Translations under genes and position numbers: made by a program
Source of the DNA: Lytechinus pictus
Taxonomy: Eukaryota
Length of the DNA stretch: 64,000 bases
Assembly (NCBI RefSeq): GCF_037042905.1
Contig: NC_087245.1
Location: forward strand, 10,170,001-10,234,000
Direction: 5' to 3'
Notes under the pieces: generated by a model
Told to the model about the DNA's origin: nothing
Database searches by the model: none
What the model saw: only the letters and a program-made list of their open reading frames with translations
In this document: one piece after another, positions 49,087-61,900 of the stretch
Layout: the number at the start of each line of letters is the position of its first letter
Numbering within the stretch: the first letter of the stretch is position 1

Positions 49087-49802
49087 CATGACGAAAACCT
49101 TTCATTTGAAAACACTATACCCCAGTTTCCCTCAATCAATTCTCTTCTCCAAGTACGACAAACCATAACTGCCCCAAGCAAGCAATTTAAGTATCAAAAC
49201 ACCTGTTTCTTGACCTCGGTCCGAAGATAACACAACAGCCCGAGCAAAGCATGCCGTCATTTTAATTCACTTACTTTCCTTATTTCGAGGTCGATTTTCT
49301 TCGTTCGAACTTGAAAATGGACTAACATTGGATTTCTGAATACAATATGCATTTGAAAACGTGATTAAATATCGAATGCAATAATTTCATTCCGAAGGTC
49401 CTACTACAGGCAGAGAAGTCTTACGTAATAGCACAGCTGTTGTTTATCATTTCGTCCTTGGCTCAACGCTCATAATCTGGCCTGTGGAGGTAAAATTGAG
49501 ACAGCGGGGATTACCTGGCCTAGCGGGATTGATCAGGCGGGTGTTTCATAAAGCTGTTCGTAAATAAAGAGCGACTGGTGATCCTGTCTTGCGGTAAATG
49601 GTACACACCATTGGCGAAGATCTAGCGCGCGAGAAAGGATCACCAGTCGTTCTTAAAGTCGCTCTTAACTTACGAGCAGCTTTATGAAACGGCCCCCTGG
49701 GCTTGGAAATGATTTTGGGATTTACAAACGCAAAATGGGGTATAGAACCGCAGTTTGCAATCTGAACTGCGGTCTTTCTCCAAACGGGGGTTTGACGTAA
49801 TG
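49087..49802 (+). mobile_element. Element B copy 3 (more diverged, with two segments absent from copies 1 and 2)
   Basis: CATGACGAAAACC ... GGTTTGACGTAATG, AGA on both flanks. Confidence 0.85.
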
Positions 49803-51456
49803 AGATAATTCATGTTTCTAATTTCAGAAACAGAAAACGGAAACGAGAAGGCATGCTCAAGTTTCTGTTTCGTGAAGTCAAACAGAAAAAGGAAACCGGT
49901 GGATTTCGATTCAATTTTCTGTTTCGTGAATGCGAAGCAGAAAAAGGATACAAAAATTTCAATTCAATTTTGTGTTTTTCAAAGGAAATACTAAAACTTA
50001 AAATATGAAAGAACAGTAAAACGGAACTAACACATCAATGATGCGGAGCTCATCTGGCATCTCGCAACAAAATTTAACACAATTTTTTATGTCAGTCCAG
50101 TTGACACTGTAGTGAATTATATTGGTGACATAAAGTGAGGAAACAGAATTGAAATTGATGAAGAAATGACATAGAACAAGTATTTTTTGCGATTTATGAA
50201 TAAATTTTATATAAATTAGAATAAATTTTATATAAATTAGCATAAATAATTTTCTAGTCAAAATTTCAAAATTCTTTGTAGAACCTTGGTGAACCTCATG
50301 TAGCTCTCAGATGGAACAGATAAAAATCAAGATCAGTCAACAAATAAATAGACAAGACCAATATGGGGAGAACTTGAGTTCAAGGAGCATTTTGGGGTAA
50401 AAGTTGGAAACCGGTCTATTTCACCTAATTTGAATGTGCTGAATCTGATAAGACCGGTTCCCAAGCCAATTTTTCATGTTTTGACCACCTAATTTGCATA
50501 AACAAAATGGCTGCCAAATTGACAATTTATAATCTTATTTCTACAATATTCTTTTATAATATTCGCTTTCACCGATATGGATACTGCAAAATCCTGCATA
50601 CTTAACATGTACCATTTGGGAAAATTTGTTATTTCTGTTTGCGACTAATTAATTATGCAAATTTATGCATATTTTGCAATATTATGCTATAATTTGATAA
50701 TTACACCTAAAATGTTTATTATTTTGGGTACAAATAGCATTTGTATCAGTATGATAATTGTTTAGCCGTTAAATATAATACTCAAGTCAATTTTTATATA
50801 TATTTTATTGTTCTTTGATATTTCTTTTGTGTTCTTGTATTTTCTGCCATTTGCTTTGTATATATGTTTGATATGAGATCTTTAAAAAACTAATATCAAT
50901 GGCAGACAAATATTAAGCTTCAATGATTGAATCATTTGATAAACTTCTTTTGCCACAACTGTTAATTGTACTCAGGAACAAATACACACACATGCTCCCA
51001 CACCCACACCTGTATATAGAAAGTAATATACTTGCAAGGTATAGTAGACATTGATGCTGATCCTATAATCATGACAATTACCAAATTCAATGAACCCGTA
51101 AGAAAAAGAAGAGTTTAGAAGTTGGAAAACCTGTAATCATGCTGAACTTAAATTTCTTAAAATAGATATATTAAAATGTTTGATAACAGATCAAATAATC
51201 AATTAAACGTATGATTTACGCAGTGTAGTTTATCAATCGGATATAAGTATCAGTACATTGTTATTATCCTTGTAGCAAAATTATATCTTTGATTCAGCTC
51301 CATCAGAACTGCAATCATGGCAATTAACCAAAAAACAATTTGTAATAAATGCAAAGGGTCTGTATTACTGGATCACTTACTATTTTTTTTTTGGTCATTA
51401 CCGATTTATTTATTTATTTGGCAACGATACATTTTCCCCAAGTCAACCATCAAATA

Positions 51457-51915
51457 TGCTTTTCACACTGCACTTTTTGTCCTAAATTGGTGGGGCTAAG
51501 GGGGGGGGGGTCTTAGCCCCACCAATTTCCCGGGGTTAAGCTTAGCCCACTTCGTTTTCACACTACGTTTTAGCAAAGTGGGCTAGCACGGTAAATAGTA
51601 CCGTACTATCTGGCCCTGCAGAAAAGCAGAGTTAGCCGGCTTATTGTGGTGCTAAGAGATGCAGTGTGAAACGAAACAGGGCTAAGCATTAGCCAATCAC
51701 AGAAGTCGAAATTGCACGTTAATCGCGCTCTGTATGGTAAAATCATCAATATTTATGAGCTGTGTGATTGCCCGGGGTTAAGGCGTTAACCCCGGCTAAG
51801 CAATAGTACGGGGTTAAGAAAGACAGTGTGAATCGAAAAAAAAAGATAGTATGGGGTTAAGGATAGTCCGGGGTTTAGGATAGTATGGGGTCAAGGAAAT
51901 GCAGTGTGAAAAGCA
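51457..51915. mobile_element. Harbinger-like MITE
   Basis: TIRs TGCTTTTCACACTGCA / TGCAGTGTGAAAAGCA and internal GGGGYTAAG repeats. Confidence 0.88.
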
Positions 51916-52139
51916 TAAAAGTGATAACTGAAAACCACAGCTTTTATCCAATCCTTGCCTTGGAAGATTCTTTGACGAACGATACTAAACATGCTAAATA
52001 CAGAAGAGGAAATAAAAACATGGGGCTAAACACAGATTAGCTCCATGGTTAAAACATGGGCAAAACAAGGTTTCCAGCCCAGTCACTGCCCAATGCATAA
52101 CAAATTCTCACAGTGTGTCCTATGGTTAAAAAGTGCTAG

Positions 52140-52890
52140 AGATGCCTGTTGAAGGTAAACCAGCATGGAGACAGTTGCAGAAGTCCAGTCTAGAGGTTAT
52201 CCGGTCATGGATGATATTTTCTGCACCACCTAATGTAAGACAATGTCTGATCTCAGCAATTCTGTGGAGCAGGTAATATGCAGATTGGCAGACATGTGAT
52301 GTGTGTTTCTTCATGCTCATTGTTCTATCAAAGACTACGCCAAGAGATCTAGACTTGCATACTAGAGATATATAGCTTCCTCACCTATTAAGACTGGAAT
52401 TGTAGTCATAATAATTACGCATATATGGAGATGACGGAACAAGATACTTCGCTTTTTATTGTTAAGCTCCAGGAAGTTGACCTTCATCCCAAAATCGAAT
52501 CCTCATTGGCAGCACCGACAACAGCAGCTGCACGAACCTCTGTATATTTACCTTTTGGATCAAAAGTGAGGTATACAGCTGGATGTCATCAGCATAGAAG
52601 TGTATACCAAGACCATGTTGCCACATTACCGGGCACATTACAGAGCCAAGAGGAGTGATGTACAGTTTGAAGAACAAGGGACAAGGACAGACTCCCAAGG
52701 AACTTCATATCAAAGGTTATTCACAGGAGACTGCATGCCAGTGATGAATACAGCTTCATACAGCTCTGTTGGCAAGGTAAGAGGAAACCTGCCATTGGAG
52801 TGCAGAATCATCAATTCCACAGACTGTCAGTCTCCCAAGAAGAATGACATGTTCACTGGTATCAAAACCGGTTGACAAGTCAAACATAAC
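52140..52890 (-). mobile_element. Decayed L2/CR1-group LINE reverse-transcriptase fragment
   Basis: Motifs DLSTGFDT (cf. DLSAAFDT), PLFFKLYITPLG, HFYADDIQLY and SAYYLLHRIAEIRHCLT...ITSRLDFCNCLHAGLP, broken by frameshifts. Confidence 0.9.
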
Positions 52891-52929
52891 TTTATTAGGC
52901 AACTGCTTTCCTCATAGAAAGAGAAATCC

Positions 52930-53430
52930 TGGCTCTACAATCGAAGAAATTCTCGACCTAGACTTTGATGGTGATATCTCAGACTCGCATGCAGCCTATC
53001 AGAGCTGGGTAAGCTATTGGATTCTGTTGGGTTTAAAACCGATCAAAATAAGTGGATTAATAATCACCTACAGGAACGCCAAACATGCCAGGAACCCACC
53101 ATCCTCTGAAAGATATCTTCGTTATCAATTTGAAATAGTCTATCTTATGAAGATATGAAGATGTATGAATATTAGAAGTTCGATAAATGGCCTTGAAGAC
53201 ATTACACAATTCACTGCGGTATTGAAAAGGTGCACTCCGAGCATTTCAACACCTGAAACAAGATCTGGTTAGACAGCAGATTCTCTCTCAAGACAAAAGT
53301 TAAGGTTTTCTCTATGGATCTGTGACATGAGAATCGGACATATCTCAAGAACACAAACACGATGACTTTGATACGAACTGCCTCTGCAGAATACTTGTAC
53401 TAAATTGGTTTGATTTCAACAATTCGAGAT
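52930..53430 (+). mobile_element. Decayed RTE-clade LINE reverse-transcriptase fragment
   Basis: Manual translation gives ILDLDFDGDI (cf. DLDFADDI), NKIWLDSRFSLKTKVKVF, LYGSVT* (cf. LYGSETW) and DFDTNCLCRIL..NWFD. Confidence 0.75.
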
Positions 53431-53539
53431 GACTTTTATAATATGAGGCTGCCCTATCAATCAAGCCATCCAATGGAACACCAAATCGATGATAACTGAC
53501 ATTAATTATTATCCTTTTTTTATAAAAAAAAATCTGACA

Positions 53540-54366
53540 CAAGTCCTTCTCCGATGTGCTCATTATTGAACCTCATACATTATTGTGTCTATCCTCTCCT
53601 CTATTTTCTCCTCTCCTGTCCGCTTATCCGCCTTCCTACCGGTTATTTGTTTACGGCATCAATCACATTTTTCGTGCATTATATTCTTTCCAGGTTATTT
53701 TATATACTTTTTCTCCTTTTATACACATCATTGAATCCAGTTTGCTTGAGTCCACGACGGCATGTGTTCTATCTACATACAGCAACACCCATCCATCTTC
53801 TCAGGGCATTCTCCCCTTTTTTATTTATTTATTTTTTTTTTCCCTTCTCTTTTTCTGGGGGGGGGGGTGGGGTGGGGAAGGGTGGATATTTTTAGGACGG
53901 GTTGTTTTGTCCTTTATCTTACTGTATATTTTTGATAACTTTGTATTTATTTTGTGAGTATTTCCCTCTCAGTTATTTGATTTTTTTCTCATTTGATTAT
54001 CTGTATTTATACTTTGCTATTTTGTTATTTGTTGTGTTATCTATTTTTTTAGGGGCCCACATTGTACAAGCATAGCTTTTTAGTGGGTCCCTCCATTTCC
54101 ATCTTAATTTAATTTCTATTGAAAAATAGTATACTTATTTAAAACCTACAATGTGTTGCCCAAATTGTCTAAGTGTTTTTTTTTTTTTTTCACAACATAT
54201 GTATCATTATTTTCTTTTTTTTTGCAACGTATACAAATATTTATGTTTATATATGGTATACAATTCATGTATGTACAATTGATGGAAGTGAAATAAATAA
54301 ATTTGAATTTGAATTTGAATTTGAATTTGAATTTGAATTTGAATTTGAATTTGAATTTGAATTTGA
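53540..54366 (+). mobile_element. 3' UTR and tail of a CR1/L2-group retroelement with an (ATTTGA)11 tail
   Basis: T-rich UTR, stem-loop GGGGCCCAC...GTGGGTCCC at 54052-54090, then AATAAA followed directly by (ATTTGA)n at 54301-54366. Confidence 0.65.
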
Positions 54367-56009
54367 TCATTCAACACCCCGAAGGTAAAGGTGTATATCA
54401 AGCTGGGGGAAGCTGGATGCCTCTAAGTTGGATGAAGCGGCAATCATTGATAGGACAGGTGCAGTACTGCATTGGAAAAGATATATTATGGAGATGCACA
54501 TGTAATCCGTTAATGAAGTCCAATGATAAAAAAAAATTATTAAAAGGATATGCAGTGACTTATTCGTTGTGGGACTTTAGAACATCACAGTCTGGCTTTT
54601 AAAACACGGAAAACGGTCTTATTGATAGACAAAATGAGGGATTAGATGGATTATATGTGGGTTCAGTTCTGATAATTTTTTTTTCAATATTGGGACAATT
54701 TGACGAGCGTAATGAAGAAAAACACAGGACATCTCATTTTCAGCAGACGGTTTTCACTTTCTTTTGCTGAAGAAAAACACACTAAATATATATACATGTA
54801 TGTGTGATCACATTCTGTTGGTCTGGAACATAACTATTCCAAAGGATAATAAATGCAACTGATTGACTATTAGGAGTTGAGAATTACAGTACTGTTATGA
54901 TTCAAATTTAATAACTCATCATCTAAAATTGTATGATGAATTGATTGATATCATAATTCAAGATACCATTTTATAATAAAAATATAAGCAATTAATAGTG
55001 ACATTCGCTTGAATACAGATAGGTTCATGAAACTCGTTGGATCTCCACCAGTGTGTTTTTAAATGGGAAGGCCCTCCGCGCAGGAGTTTACCTTTGTATG
55101 CAGATGTGGGTGTGGGAGTTGGTGCATCTGTTTATGCCCATGGATATATGCGAATAAAAAAGTGATTACATAATTAAATCATTGAAGCTAATTATATTCT
55201 GCCATTGATAATCAATAATGTACAAAACAAAAGGTACAAAATACAAAGAAATACATAAGAAATTCAAAAACAATAAAATACATTATTATTCACTGTGATA
55301 TTATATTCTAAGGGCTGTACAATTATTTATAATGATGTAAATGCTATTTGTACCAAAAATTTAAACATTTGAGCTAAAATTATCAAATTATAGCACAATG
55401 ATCCAAAATATGCATAAATTTGCATAATTAATTAGCCGCAAACAAAAATAACAAATTTTCCCGAAAGGTACACGTATGTATGCAGGATTTTGCAGTATTC
55501 ATGTCTGTGAAAGCGAATATAATTAAAGAACATTGTCGAAATAATATTCTGAATTGTCAATTTGGCAGCCATTTTGTTTATGCAAATTAGGTGGTCAAAA
55601 CATGAGAAATTAGCTTGGGAACCGATCTTATCAGATTCAGCATATTTGAATTGTGTGATATAGTCCGGTTTCCAACTTTTACCCCAAAATGCTTCTTAAA
55701 GTTTATATAGGCCTCTTTTTCCAGAATGGGTCTAGTCTAAAATAAGTATTTTCAGGAGTTTGGAAAAAAATGCATAAATTAGCATATTTAATGAGCTTCA
55801 AAATTCTGTGTTGAAATTTTGTATCCCCACCTAGAGCTACATAAAGCAAACAAAATTGATATTGATCAACAAATGAAGGAGAAAAAGTATTTTTTGTGAT
55901 TTATGAATAAATTTTTTCATAAAATAGCATTACTAATTTTCTAGTCAAAATTCTGTGAGGAAATTTGGTGACCCTCATGTAGCTCTACCAGAAGGAAGCA
56001 AATAAATAG

Positions 56010-57737
56010 CTAGAATTTAATTCGTCATGCGGACGAATTAGGTGGTCTGTCCTTATTCTCAGCATCATGATCACTATCACCATGTTCATGTAGATCAATA
56101 TGATCAACCTGATGACAACGGAATGTTCATTATGGATAGAATAGTTGTGAAAGACGGGAGATGAGGGGAGATGATAAAGCACTGTGAAAAAGGTCTCCTT
56201 AATATATGACAATACATGTGATATGAAAAAAGTAATTATAATCTGTTTTATCTTGCTAAATTTTAACTTTTATACCTTTTAATTGTCATAAAGGATCATG
56301 TACGAGGTGGTAAAAAGAAAAAAAAAAGAAAAAAAAATCATCTTGTTCACCCCAGGACTCGAACCTGCGCCCCCGAGGACGCTAGTCAAGTGCGTTATCC
56401 AATAAGCCACGATATTCCCCATAGGAATTATACGTTCCCATAGAGATTACACGTAAGGAAATTTGAGAATTACAAATCCAATTTTGCAAGCGAAAAACGG
56501 GCATGATCTCGGCATCTGATCGAAAAATGAAGGCAACATTTCCGAAAGCTAAGAATCTCAGCTACAACATATTAAAAGCTCAGGGATAACTAACAAGAAA
56601 AAATGGAGATATAGCTCACGAAATAGAGGAATGTAGAATCTAGTTTTGAGAAAAAGTCATGTCCCATAGAGATTACACGCAAAATGAAGAAAAATGACAT
56701 GTCTTTATTATTTGCAATTTTTCAGGATGATCCGTTTATTAAAATGAAAAATAAAGGCAATAACTCAGTAAGAGTAAGACCTAAGCTACAACATAGTGAA
56801 AAATGGGCGAAAATTGACCAATATTCACGGAGTTAAAGCCTAATTTGCATAATTATTATGACATCATAACAAGGAAAATTGATATTTTGACTTCCGACGC
56901 CATTTTGATGACGTCATGATCAAATTGAGGGACAATGGTGACATGAAATCAAATTTACAACTCATACTCTATCGATATATGAAATAAATTGGGGGTCGAC
57001 GGACTATTTAAAGAGCTAAGGTGAATTTTTAATAGGCATGTTTTTGCCCTTATATGGCCTATAGTAAGAGCTCGCGCGCACACGTGCTGCAAACTTTAAC
57101 GGGTGTTAATTTCGTTATTAATGGTCGTAGAAGGTTGATCAAGGTATCAAATTGCTCAGAATTATATTATCAATGCAACAATATAAAAAAAACGGTGTTT
57201 CTGCGTTGCGTTGGAGGCGTTACGCGCGGAAACGTGTGCGTGCGCAAATTTTTGAAATGCTTAAAATGACCTGAAACGTACTCTACTTCGGTCAAAAAGT
57301 GATTTTTAGCATTTTGAAATTTTGACGCGCGTGTACGCGCGCGTCGTGACCTCCAGGTGACCTTTGATGACATGACCTGATGACCCTTGACCTGAAGTTA
57401 ATGTGATGTAAATATTGTTAATTTTTGATAATTGATAATGGATATATGATTGATAATGTGATTTTACAAAATGGCGTCTAGATGACGTCATCATGACTTG
57501 ATGGCCTTGAAAAGCTTATTTTGGCGTTTCCATGACAGATCCTATAGATGACATGAAATTCAATGAAATTGACACAGTCAAATTTGAGATAACTTGGCGA
57601 CAAATATGTGGCCATTAAAAAGAAATAAAGAAAATTCTGACGAAATTAAGAGGTGATCTGTCACAGACAGACCACCTAATAAAGAAAGAAAATTCTGACG
57701 AAATTAAGAGGTGATCTGTCATAGACAGACCACCTAA
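56010..57737 (-). mobile_element. Helitron/Helentron-type element X, copy 2
   Basis: CTAG plus hairpin TAATTCGTCATGCGGACGAATTA at 56010-56040, subTIR TAGGTGGTCTGTC. The opposite terminus is tandemly duplicated (~59 bp). Confidence 0.85.
56348..56413 (-). ncRNA. tRNA-Arg-like Pol III unit inside element X copy 2
   Basis: ATCGTGGCTTATTGGATAACGCACTTGACTAGCGTCCTCGGGGGCGCAGGTTCGAGTCCTGGGGTG: A-box TGGCTTATTGG, B-box GGTTCGAGTCC, long T-runs about 10 nt downstream. Confidence 0.6.
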
Positions 57738-60700
57738 CAAGTGGAACGCCTCTGGCAGTCTCGCCAGCATTACGTGATTTAATATAGCAGCAGTGCTAAC
57801 TTTGAAAACTACTATAAAATAATCATTCACAAAAACACCATTCATATAATGACATAATACCACGTTCATTGACTATGACTTAAGACTTGTCAACTACACC
57901 CATGTCCACATTTCATTCACTCTATCCATAAACTTTCAATGTTATGATGGCAATTCAACAATTACCCCAACATGGCCTAAGTTTATTGACCTTAACTGAC
58001 CTTTGACCTTGGTTTTGTGACCTGAAACTCACAGGGGATGTTCAGTGATACTTGATTACTCTTATATCCCAAGTTTTATGAACTAGATCCATAAACTTTC
58101 AGAGTTAGGATGGTAATTCAACAAATACCCCCAACAGGGCCAAAGTTCATTGACCTTTAATGACCTTTGACCATGGTCATGTGACCTGAAACTCGCACAG
58201 GATATTCAGTGGTACTTGATTAACCTAATGTCCAAGTTTCTTGAACTAGATCCATAAATTTTCAAAGTTATGATAGTAATTCAACACATACCCCCAACTT
58301 GGCCAAAGTTCATTGACCCTAAATGACCTTTGACCTTGGTCATGTGACCTGAAACTCAGGCAGGATGTTCAGTGGTACTTGATTAACCTAATGTCCAAGT
58401 TTCATGAACTACAGTGCCGGCCGCAGGAAACGTCACGCCCGAGCACGCAAACACCTTAGGGTGCTTTCACGTCTAACCGAGGGTATTCAAGGGGTGCAGA
58501 CTAGGGTGTTTAGCCGCGCCTGCAGTTTCCCGCGTGCTCTATAATATTGGCCGTGCCCGCGCTTTTCCTAGGGTATCCTAGAGTACCCTTGCATTACGTT
58601 TACGTGTGCATGTACTTAAGTTATCTTGTGATAGACCATTATGTTTTTAAACTAGCGTGATCGGAATCTATTGTAGATTAAATTTTTGATTTAAGATGTT
58701 ATTTGTTTTCTTTTCTTTCATCCTTTCTTTCATTGTTTAATTTCTGTTTTCCCTTTTAATTCTTTTCCCTTATTCCTTCTTTCCCTTTCTTCCTCCCTTG
58801 CTTCCTTCCTGTTTTTCTTCTGTCTTTGTTTCTTTCAAATAATGAAGGAAATATTTTTCTTTCTTTTCTTCTTTCTCTTTTCCTCCATTTTTCTTACTTT
58901 TCTCTTTTTCTCTCCTTATGTTTTTTTCTTTCACACATTTATTCATCTTCCCTTCCTTTATTTTAATTCTTTCTTTCTTTATTCATTTCAAGTAATGACG
59001 GAAACCGTTATCTGTCTTTTATTCTTTCGTTCATCGTTTTATTCAAACTTTTTTTCTTTTAATTTTTCCTTAATTTTTTTCTTTCCTCTCAATTCATTTC
59101 TGTTTCCTCATTTCTTCCTCGTTTCTTTCTTCCGCTCACCCTCCCTTCCCCTTTCTTAATATAATTTATTAACAAGTCTAACATTGTGTAGCCTTTTTTG
59201 TTGATTTTTTGGCCTGGCTCGGTCGATCGGATGTTACATTGTGCTTTGTCGATTGTCCCGTATTTAATTTTTTGAAATCTGGTCACCCTGGCTGGAACAT
59301 CGAACTTATTATTTTTCGTTTACCGCAATAAATCTAAATAATTAAACTAATTTAATGAATTAGGTAAACTTTTTTCCCTACGCCTTACGTGGGAGACATA
59401 CATGTATCATACAAACTTGTATAAAAAAAATAGGACACAATTGTGATTTAATGTAATGGAGATCAATTCTCTATCTTTGGGATAAGTTTTTTTTCTCCAT
59501 ACATACCCATTCCTCTCCCTTCAGCGTGAACTATACACCTAATCCCATCTCTTTATGAACAGTGTAAGAACTAGAAAACATTTGAAACATTCTTCCTTGA
59601 GTTTTTAACGGGGTGCACAGGGTGGAATAAGGAAAGAAGAATGAAAGGCATATCAACAAAACCAAAAAAAAGAATTAAAATAGATTAGAGACATTTTTTT
59701 TAGAGACATTTTTTGTAAATCAGAATTGACAAGTTATTAACAGAGGTCCACACATCACCAATTGAAAACATCTCATATCAATAAAAAAAAAAATTAATGA
59801 CAAACTTAAAATAAAACAGAATTATGAATATCAAGGGCATTTGCGAATTCTCCTTATGTTAAAAGAAACTTGCGGTCAATATTGGGATCGTCAATTCGTT
59901 GACATGGTTGATAAAAACAGTTATTTCAAACCCTAATGAAGGGAATGAAAGGTACGTTGAAACGTATACTAGTATGACCAAGATCATACAAAGTAGACGT
60001 GCAAAAAGCGAACACCAGCAAAACTGGTTGTGCTCATCGATTTTTTATTTGGTTCTTTTGTTATTGTCAACAGTCTGGGAGAGTCTTGCTCCCCGCCCAC
60101 ACCTTTGATCTCCTTTGATCACATGCGCTTCCCAATTTATGACAGGATGTTTATAGAAATGGGGGGGGGGGGGGATTAATTTGCTGATGCGGTAACAACA
60201 ATAAATGAGGATATTCTTTTCATTTCGGTTCAAATCGGGTCTCTAAAACCCTCACCCTATAAAAAGTATAAATTTACCTCAATGTAACAGATGGAACAGA
60301 TTTGTCTTTTTGCTAAAACATCTGATTACATTACCTGCTCTCTATTGCAGTTTTTAAGTTACATTGGTAGATATTCGAATTGGGAAGAGATGAAAGTGGT
60401 GGAAATAATAAAGGGGAAGAAGGAAGAGGAGGATGAGAAAAATGAAGAGGGGTTCCAGCTTCATGATGAGAACGCATATATTATGCGCAATTTTTACAAA
60501 ATTATAGATGGGATTAAAACGAATATTAATATCCCTGATACACCTACATGATGATAATAACACGAATAATTGACGTCGAAGTAAAGATTAAACTGTTATA
60601 TTTACGAACTGCGGTTTTGTATTGATAGATTAGTCGGACATCAATTAAAGTTATAAACATTTTTTTCAATTATATTATTTCAGTAAAGCAAGATTTTCCT

Positions 60701-60790
60701 TCGAAATATATTTTGTTATATGAATTGGAAATGATAAAACCAAGTCACAACTTGGTATAATACAGAATTCAGTGTTATATGGCAGATAAA

Positions 60791-60853
60791 AATAATAATA
60801 CATGACATTTGTAAAGCGCACTTTCCATCTTGATTAGATGCTCAATGCGCTTC
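60791..60853 (-). mobile_element. L2-type retroelement 3' end
   Basis: Minus strand reads GAAGCGCATTGAGCATC...AAGTGCGCTTTACAAATGTCATGTATTATTATT: a stem-loop followed by an (ATT)n tail. Confidence 0.6.
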
Positions 60854-61297
60854 AGAGCAAAGCAACAAAACTATTTACATAATGTAACTATTTGAAAATT
60901 TCCTAGCAAATTTAGCTTCAATGTTTAAACACATACCCAAGTAAAAGTATGTTTTCGAAAGCTACTATGACGTAGTGTGTGGAATGGGAACTTAACGAGT
61001 TGATTATCACTTGTCGACAAAGCAAGAATGGAGCTATACAAACCATTCTTTTCTTTTGTTAAGAGTTTTGGTGGGTGCTCACGCAAACGCTAACTATTAA
61101 ACCTAACTATTCTTGTCGGGGAACAAAGGAGTTAGTCAAGCCAAGTTAAAGAATGAAAGCCCCGTCCCGGTTCCCCCTCGGTTCCCCTCTGTCGAAAATT
61201 CCTTTAATCATAACGCGTGAGCATTACTGAGTAAAACAAGTTTCATAACTAAGTACTGCAGAACTATAGGGTATCCCTATTACCATGAAACAATAAG

Positions 61298-61900
61298 CCC
61301 CCTCTATTTTCCCTTTCTCCCCTTTCCCCTTCTTTTATTCGCTCCCTTCCCCTTCTCTCAATTTTTTTCTATTTTGTATTTCTCTTATCTCTTTCCTTCT
61401 CGTTTTTATCCTCCATCCCTTCCTTTTTGCCTTTTTCTTTCATTTTTCTTTCTTCTGTCTTGAATGAGCGGATGTTAATACGGGACAAGTTTTTAATTGA
61501 TGCAACGAGAGCAGGAAATTGTGAGCTTTTTACTCCATTTTATTATGTCTCCCTTCTTCATTTTATTTAATTTCCCCCTCCTTATCCTTCTCTCTTTCTC
61601 ATTCTATCCTTCTTCCTTTGTCTCTTCTTCTCCCCTTCGATTTTCAATCTATTTTCCTTTTCTCCTTTTCCCTCTTTTCTTTTTGTCTCACCTTCCCTTT
61701 TTTCATCCCCTCTGTTTTCTTCTCCATTTCATCTTTTCCCTATTTATTTTCTTTACCCCCTCTCCCTCTTTATCCTCTTCGCCACCCCCCCTCTATTTTC
61801 TCTTTCTCCCCTTTCCCCTTCTCTCACTTTTTTATTTCTCTTATCTCTTTCCTTCTCGTCTTCAATCCATCCCTTCCTTTTTGCCTTTTTCTTTCATTTT
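61298..61900 (+). repeat. Polypyrimidine low-complexity tract with an internal direct duplication
   Basis: About 61298-61447 resembles 61786-61900 (TATTTCTCTTATCTCTTTCCTTCTCGT...CCATCCCTTCCTTTT). A second tract lies at 58705-59157. Confidence 0.85.

Larger units (their letters stand above)
50351..55737. mobile_element. 5.4-kb non-autonomous DNA element with ~590-bp TIRs
   Basis: 50351-50940 is an inverted homologue of 55170-55737 (e.g. GGGGTAAAAGTTGGAAACCGG / CCGGTTTCCAACTTTTACCCC). Termini TA|GACAAGACC ... GGTCTAGTC|TA; the host resumes in register. Confidence 0.85.

Noticed and set aside
54146..54602. ORFs with FKFK, EFEF, QIQI and NLNL runs
   Set aside because: These are translations of the (ATTTGA)n tail.
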